From Mantamonas sphyraenae STR306 (Eukaryota > Protista > CRuMs), in NCBI GenBank assembly GCA_026936335.1, contig JAPMXV010000006.1, forward strand, positions 324,072-388,071: a stretch of 64,000 bases of DNA. The letters are read 5' to 3'. Both the position numbers and the translations under genes were made by a program. Under the pieces are notes generated by a model. The model searched no databases. It saw only the letters and a list, made by a program, of their open reading frames with translations, and was not told the DNA's origin. Positions 57,244 to 64,000 of this stretch are shown one piece after another (the first letter of the stretch is position 1; each line of letters begins with the position of its first letter).

Positions 57244-59685
57244 TTATTCGAGGCGCTGGCGTTTGGAGGAGGAGGAGGAGGAGGAACGGTCTTTGCGCTT
57301 GGGAAGGGTGAAGGAGGGGATGGGGTAGGCGTTGACGAGTGCGGTTGTGGTGGGGCGGGTGGTGATGTGGGGTGTGATGCGGTCGATGAGAGTGTGTAGG
57401 AGGGTGTGCAGCGTGGCGTCGCTGGGTTTGGATTTGTCGAGCCAGGCGAACTTGAGGGAGAGCGAGGTGAGGCCGCGGGTGAGGGTGTTGCTGATCGCCT
57501 TGGATATCAGCTGGTAGGTGAGGTGTGGCCTGAGGAGGCGGACAAAGAAGGCCAGGTCGACCGGCGGCACGCCAACGTTGCCCAGCGCAAGGATGATGTG
57601 TCGCACAAGGGACCGCAGGTCGCCGTTGTTGATCAGCTCACGCAGTGCATGGTGCTCGTGTGCGTGCTGATGGTGAGGGTGCTTGGCTGCGCGTGCCTTC
57701 ATGTGTGCCAGCAGCGTCTGGAACTCCCGCGCCGTACAGCTGCCACGCTCGTCGTTGGGATAGTGCCTTGCCCAGCCACTGCGCACAGACTCTGGTTCCC
57801 ACTTTTCCACCTTGGTGGTGGTGAGGTGGTGGTCGTAGTCGCATTGTGTCCAGTGTGGGTCGCTGTCGTTGTCAGCAGGGCGTCGTGCTTTCTGCAGCCA
57901 CAGCTGGGTCTGCTTGTGCTCCTTCCAGGTGGTTGGGTGGGGTCTGTCACCAACAGTGTCCATCTCTGTCATGAGCAGGTGGAGGAGGGCGTAGTTGGGG
58001 TCGCCGTGGTCGTGTGGCTCCCCTCGCCAGCACACCTTCAACCCAGCCTTTGTCACACCCATGGCCAGACCAGCGTTGAGGATGGCATGGCTGCACGCCT
58101 TTTGATCCATGTCATGGCCGAGGAGGGTGAGGCAGAAGGCCATGTCGCCCTGGGAGAGGGGAATTTTGCCCAAAGCGAGCTGAATCTGTCGGACAAGCGT
58201 GGTCGTGGTGCCATGGCAGACCACAACACGCGCCTGCAGGGTCATGAGGTCGGGGATGTCGTCGATGGGATGCTGGTTGGCCAGAGTGTGCATGTGGTTC
58301 AGCAGTGCCGTGTGTTCCTTCTTGTTGCTGTGGCAACGATCGTCACTGGGCCCCAGTTTCCACCCTTTGCGCACAACGCCAACTGGCAACTTGTTCGTCT
58401 TGTTCACGCCTGCTTTCTTCCGTGCGCCGTTGTCTCCGTTCTTGGCCCTCCTTGCCCGTGTGCTCGACGTTCCCGTCTCTGTACCACTGCCAGCCGTGAC
58501 CCTGCGCCTGCGCTGTCCGCTGCCTTTCTTCTTTTGGGGACCAGTACGTCGGCTGTTGTGGTCTCTGCCTCGTCTGTGGCCTCTACTTGGGCGTCTCGGC
58601 TGCCACTCGTCCGTGTCCTCCTGTTCCATGACGTCTGTGCCGTCGTCGCTGTCGTCTTGCGGCATGTACTCCTCATCCATGGCATCTCCAGTGTCTGCAA
58701 AGCTGAGTGGGCCCTGAGCTTCCACCTCGTCGTCCACGTGCTGCTGGGATGCGCCGTTTGCCTCGCCGTCTTCTTCGTACGCCTCCATCCATGAGCTGGG
58801 CATCCACTCTGAGTTGCTGGTGATTGGCCGTGGTTCACGGTGGCCAAAGTTCAGGGACATCAGGTCTTCCACGTCGCCGGTGTCATGGGTGTGTGTGTCC
58901 TGGTCTGTGTCGTCGTCGTCGCTGTCTCCAGTCTGCCGTGTGCCCTGCTGGGTGGAGGACGACGATGTGGTGGTGGATGTGGTCCGTGTGATGCCGGCAA
59001 AGGCAGGGCTGATGCGTTTGGGGACGCGGTTGTGGTTTGTGGTGGGTTGAGCAGGCGGAGGGTGCGACGGAGTCTGAGCGAAGTGCACCTGGGCGGTTTG
59101 TCGCGGCCGAGGAGGCGGCGGAGGAGGGTAGGCGTAGTATGGGTGGCCCTGATGAGCATATGCGAAGTGCTGCTGGGGGTGGGTGTTGACAGGGACCCAG
59201 ATGATGGGTGTTTGTGGGTGCTGGTACGGGTTTTGTACGCCAGAGACGGGCAGCGTGTTCGGAAACGGCTGGGCAGCCATGGGAGGGACCATGTACCCGT
59301 AGCTGTGGGAAGACGGGGAGGGGCAGGGCGGGTTGGAAACGGTGAGCGGAGGGCGGAATGGACGCCGTCAGAGCAGAAGCGGGGGTTGAAGGGAGGCTGG
59401 AACGAGCAAAGAGGGAAAACGGAGGAGATTGGCAGACGGGGAAACTGGCAACGGGGAGGGCAGTGACAGGGGAGAGGGGATTGGAGAAGAGCAGAGAAGA
59501 CAGCAGCGGTGGTGATGTGGAAGTGGAGATGCAGGGGAGGAGTGCAGGGAAGCGACGGAGGCATGGAGGAGGCAAGGGAGCGGGAGAAGCGGGCAGTCAG
59601 AAAACGGAGTGGAAGGCAGAACGCACGCGGGGTAGGTGTTGGGTGTGTGTTGTTGCTTCGGAGTGCTCGAGTAGTCGTTGTCCAT
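57244..59685 (-). CDS. Telomere-adjacent helical-repeat nuclear protein, copy 1 (two sub-repeats); intron 59303-59626
   Basis: First exon MDNDYSSTPKQQHTPNTYPA splices (GTGCGT...CACAG) into the 682-aa ORF. P/Q-rich then acidic then basic N-terminus. C-terminal KRK...KRQR NLS-like motif. Confidence 0.8.
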
Positions 59686-59990
59686 GGTGGTGGTGGTGGT
59701 ATTGGAGTATATGTGGATTGTGTTGGACTGGTGGAGGGTGTTGTGGGTGTTGGTGATGTTTTGGTTGAAGGCGGATGGGTGGGGTGCACAGGTGTACGAG
59801 GCTAAAGAGACGGGGTTGGTGATGAATGGGGAAGAGGGGGAGGCGATGTTTGGGTGTGGTGGGATGGAGGCGTATGTGGAGGAGGGAGGGTCGGAAGGGT
59901 GGGTGACACTCCCGGATGAGGTGATGGAGAGGGTGGTGGAGTGGATGGGGAGGGGAATGAGTGAGGAGGGTGTGAGAATGAAAGGGTGGT

Positions 59991-62900
59991 TCATTCGAGG
60001 CGTTGGCGTTTGGAGGAGGAGGAGGAGGAGGAGGAGGAGGAGGAGGAAGGGTCTTTGCGCTTGGGGAGGGTGAAGGAGGGGATGGGGTAGGCGTTGACGA
60101 GTGCGGTGGTGGTAGGGCGGGTGGTGATGTGGGGTGTGATGCGGTCGATGAGGGTGTGGAGTAGGGTGTGCAGTGTGGTGTCGCTGGGTTTGGGCTTGTC
60201 GAGCCAGGCGATCTTGAGGGAGAGGGAGGTGACGCCGCGGGTGAGGGTGAGGCTGATGGATCCTTGCACCTGTTGGTAGGTGCGTTGTGGCCTGAGGAGG
60301 CGGACAAAGAAGGCCAGGTCGACAGGCGGCACGCCAACGTTGCCCAGCGCCAGGATGATGTGACGCACCAGGGACTTCAGGCTGCCGTTGTTGATCAGCT
60401 CACGCAGTGCCTGGTGCTCGTGTGCAAGCTGATGGTGAGGGTGCTTGGCTGCGCGTGCCTTCATGTGGGCCAGCAGCGTCTGGAACTCACGCGCCGTGCA
60501 GCTGCCACGCTCGCTGTTGTTGGCTTTGCACCAGCCACTGCGCACGGACTCGGGATGCCACTGTTCCACGTTGGTTGTGGTGAGGTGGTGGTCGTAGTCG
60601 CATTGTGTCCAATGTGGGTCGCTGTCGTTGTCAGCAGGGCGTCGTGCTTTCTGCAGCCACAGCTGGGTCTGCTTGTGCTCCTTCCAGGTGGTGGGATGGG
60701 GCTTGTCGCCGAAAGTGTCCATCTCTGCCATGAGCAGGTGGAGGAGGGCGTAGTTGGGCTCGCCGTGGTCGTGTGGCTCCTCCAGCCAGCACACCTTCAA
60801 CCCAACCTTTGTCACACCCATGGCCAGACCAGCGTCATTGATGCCACTGCTGCACGCATTCTGATCCATGTCACGGCCGAGAAGGGTGAGGCAGAAAGCC
60901 ATGTCGCCCTGGGAGAGGGGAATGTTGCCCAGAGCGAGCTGAATCTGTCGAACCAGTGTCAACAGAGTGCCATGGCAGACCACAACACGCGCCTGCAGGG
61001 TCACAAGGTCTGGAATATCGTCAATGGGATGCTCGTTGGCCAGGGTGTGCATGTGGTTCAGCAGTGCCGTGTGCTCCTTCTTGTTGCTGTGCATGCGCTC
61101 GCTCTTTCGCCAGCTTGTCCAACCACTGCGCACAACGCCATCTGGCAGTCCATCCTCCATGGCCATCTTCTCCTCCTCTGTGGGCTCGGGCAGAACAAGC
61201 TCGGTGATGCGGAGGGCGTTGACGGCGTCCGTAGTGGTGGGGCGGGTGGTGATGTGGGGTGTGATGCGGTCGATGAGGGTGTGGAGGAGGGTGTGCAGTG
61301 TGGCGTCGCTGGGTTGGGGGTTGTCGAGCCAGGCGATCTTGAGGGAGAGGGAGGTGACGCCGCGAGTGAGGGTGTGGTTGATGGCAGGTGCGACCTGCTT
61401 GTAGGTGAGGTGTGGTCTGAGGAGGCGGGCAAAGAAGGCCAGGTCGACAGGCGGCACGCCAACGTTGCCCAGCGCAAGGATGATGTGTCGCAAAAGGGAC
61501 ATCAGGCTGCCGTTGTTGATCAGCTCACGCAGTGCCAGGTGTTCGTGTGTGTGCTGATGGCGAGGGTGCTTGGCTGCGCGTGCCTTCATGTGTCCCAGCA
61601 GCGTCTGGAACTCCCGCGCAGTGCAGCTGCCACGCTCGTCGTGGTTGGCTTTGTTCCAGCCACTGCGCACAGACTCGGGATGCCACTTGTCCACCTTGGT
61701 GGTGGTGAGGTGGTGGTCGTAGTCGCATTGTGTCCAGTGTGGGTCGCTGTCGTTGTCAGCGGGGCGTCGTGCTTTCTGCAGCCACAGCTGGGTCTCCTGG
61801 TGCTCCTTCCAGGTGATGGGATGGGGCCTGGCACCCAGAGTGTCCATCTCTGTGATCAGCAGGTTGAGGAGGGCGTAGTTGGGCTCGCCGTGGTCGTGCG
61901 GCTCCTCCAGCCAGCACACCTTCAACCCAGTCTTTGTCACACCCATGGCCAGACCAGCGTCGTGGATGGCGAATCTGCACGCCTGTTGATCCATATCACG
62001 GCCGAGGAGGGTGAGGCAGAGTGCCATGTCGCCCTGGGAGCGGGGAATGTTGCCCAGAGCGAGCTGAGTCTGTCGGACGAGCGTCAACAGAGTGCCATGG
62101 CAGACCACAACACGCGCCTGCAGGGTCATGATGTCGGGGATGTTGTCGATGGGATGCTCGTTGGCCAGGGTGTGCATGTGGTTCAGCAGAGCCGTGTGCT
62201 CCTTCTTGTTGCTGTGCATGCGCTCGCTCTTTCGCCAGTTCATCGACCACCCTATGCGCACAACCCCATCTGGCAACTTGTTCGTCTTGTCCACGCCTGC
62301 TTTCTTCCGTGCGCTGGTGTCTCCGTTCTTGGCCCTCCTTGCCCGTGTGCTCGACGTTCCTGTCTCTGTGCCACTGCCAGCCGTGACCCTGCGCCTGCGC
62401 TGTTTGCTGCTTTTCATCATTTGTGGACCAGTACGACGACTAATGTGGCCTCTGCGTCGTCTTGTGCGTACTCTTCCTGTGCGTCTCGGCTGCCATTCGT
62501 CCGAGTCCTCCTGCTCCATGTCGTCTGTGTCGTTGTCGCTGTCATCTTGCGGCATGTACTCCTCATCCATGGCATCACCGGTGTCTGCAGAGCTGAGTGG
62601 ACCCTGAGTTTCCAACTCGTCGTCCACGTGCTGCTGGATTACGTCGTTTGCCTCGCCCTCTTCTTCGTACGCCTCCATCCATGAGCTGGTCATCCACTCT
62701 GAGTTGCTGGAGATTGACCGTGGTTCACGGTGACCAAAGTTCAGGGACATCAGGTCTTCCACGTCGCCGGTGTCATGTGTGTGGGTGTCCTGGTCTGCGT
62801 CGTCGTCGTCGCTGTCTCCAGTCTGCCGTGTGGCATGGTGGGAGGAGGACGACGATGTGGTGGTGGATGTGGTCCGTGTGATGCCGACAAAGGCGGGGCT

Positions 62901-63573
62901 GATGCGTTTAGGGACGCGGTTGTGGTTTGTGGTGGGTTGAGCAGGCGGAGGGTGCAACGGAGGCTGAGTGAAGTGCATCTGGGCGGTTTGTCGCGGCCGA
63001 GGAGGCGGCGGAGGAGGGTAGGCGTAGTATGGGTGGCCCTGATGAGCATACACGTGGTGCTGCTGGGGGTAGGAGTTGACAGGGACCCAGACGATGGGTG
63101 TTTGTGGGTGCTGGTACGGGTTTTGTACGCCAGAGACGGGCAGCGTGTTCGGAAACGGCTGGGCAGCCATGGGAGGGACCATGTACCCGTAGCTGTGGTG
63201 AGAAGCGGAGGGGGAGGGTGGGGAGGGACCGATGAGTGGAAGGCGGGATGGACGCCGTCAGGGCAGAAGCGGGGTGAAGGGAGGCTGGAACGAGCAGAGA
63301 GGGAAAACGCTGGAGATTGGCAGACGGGGAAACTGGCAACGGGGAGGGCAGTGACAGGGGAGAGGGGATCGGAGAAGAGCGGAGAAGGAAGCAGCGGTGG
63401 TGATGGGGAAGGGGAGATGCTTGGGAGGAGTGCAGGGAAGCGAGGGAGGCATGGAGGAGGCAAGGAAGCGGGAGAAGCGGGCAGTCAGAAAACGGAGTGG
63501 AAGGCAGAACGCACGCTGGGTAGGTGTTGGGTGTGTGTAGTTGCTTGGGAGTGTTTGAGTTGTCTTTGTCCAT
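59991..63573 (-). CDS. Telomere-adjacent helical-repeat nuclear protein, copy 2 (four sub-repeats); intron 63193-63514
   Basis: Paralogue of copy 1 with the same intron. The 1063-aa ORF carries an in-frame duplication of the ~376-aa module. Confidence 0.8.
60080..62280. repeat. Internal in-frame tandem duplication (~1128 nt period) within copy 2
   Basis: The gcgcacaac..catctggca anchor recurs at ~61131 and ~62259. The protein module LPDGVVR.GW...RPTTT..VNA occurs twice. Confidence 0.92.
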
Positions 63574-63841
63574 GGTGGAGGTGGTGGTACTGGAGTGTAT
63601 GTGGATTGTGTTGAACTGGTGGGGGATGGTGTGGGTGTTGGTGATATTTTGGTTGAAGGCGGATGGGCAGCACTGACTGCACGGCGTTGCTGCACGACGG
63701 CCACTCACAAGCGACATTTCCACTCCCACCCATTGCCCACTGCCCCGAGCCATCACTCAACTCAGCCACCCCGCCAGCAATCACAAGCACAACTCACAGG
63801 ACATAGACCGGACTCATCATTTAACAACGAACGAACACAAA

Positions 63842-64000
63842 TAAGGGTCAGGGTTAGGGTCAGGGTTAGAGGGTTAGGGTTAGGGTTAGGGTTAGGGTTA
63901 GGGTTAGGGTTAGGGTTAGGGTTAGGGTTAGGGTTAGGGTTAGGGTTAGGGTTAGGGTTAGGGTTAGGGTTAGGGTTAGGTTAGGGTTAGGGTTAGGGTT
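63842..64000 (+). repeat. Telomere (TTAGGG)n with proximal variant repeats
   Basis: TAAGGG, TCAGGG, TTAGGG, TCAGGG, TTAGAGGG, then TTAGGG to the window end, with one TTAGG near 63976. Confidence 0.99.

Larger units (their letters stand above)
57050..63667. repeat. Head-to-tail subtelomeric duplication: unit 1 ~57050-59778, unit 2 ~59779-63667
   Basis: Flanks, intron and CDS align between the units. For example, ttggttgaaggcggatggg ends both units and gaatgaaagggtggtt lies next to both stop codons. Confidence 0.92.

Noticed and set aside
57406-62684. Plus-strand 462- and 838-aa ORFs in the terminal duplication
   Set aside because: Antisense to the spliced minus-strand genes, which have conserved introns, start context and NLS-like ends.
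57050-63667. Telomeric retrotransposon or Y'-like helicase element
   Set aside because: No RT (YxDD), endonuclease, helicase or transposase motifs, no poly(A) tail or TIR, and the genes contain an intron.
63595-63984. ORF ending in (GL)n
   Set aside because: Translation of the telomere repeat.
1-64000. Alternative genetic code or stop-codon reassignment
   Set aside because: TAA, TAG and TGA all terminate conserved genes. ORF breaks are explained by GT-AG introns or 1-nt indels rather than in-frame stops.
1-64000. CRISPR array, rRNA or tRNA genes
   Set aside because: No repeat-spacer structure or recognisable rRNA/tRNA sequence seen. The short repeats are microsatellites or amino-acid homopolymer codons.

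Overview
Terminal 64 kb of a chromosome arm from a gene-dense, GC-rich unicellular eukaryote (protist). It has canonical GT-AG introns and ends in a (TTAGGG)n telomere at 63842-64000. About 1-38.9 kb is mostly housekeeping: GFAT, an RPEL-repeat protein, AP-1 mu, Cdc14, CENP-C, an alpha-kinase-like protein, a CoA-type Nudix, an EF-hand/PIP-kinase fusion, TMEM94, NADP-GDH, two Ras GTPases, a Ctr copper transporter, RAD17 and a BBS-type chaperonin-like protein. From 38.9 to 57 kb there is a tightly packed, co-directional subtelomeric island of conflict/immunity-type genes: ankyrin protein; CCCH-finger protein with a HEPN-like motif; caspase-like C14 protease; vWA-like protein; Crinkler-type NTPase-nuclease; a protein made of two copies of an unrecognised domain; and a giant ROCO GTPase that starts with that same domain and ends in a CHAT protease. 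The last 6.6 kb before the telomere is a tandem duplication encoding nuclear helical-repeat proteins whose variation is concentrated on one face of one helix per repeat. About 11 genic frameshifts fall at short homopolymers and are most likely assembly errors. All calls are by-eye motif recognition, with no database searches run.
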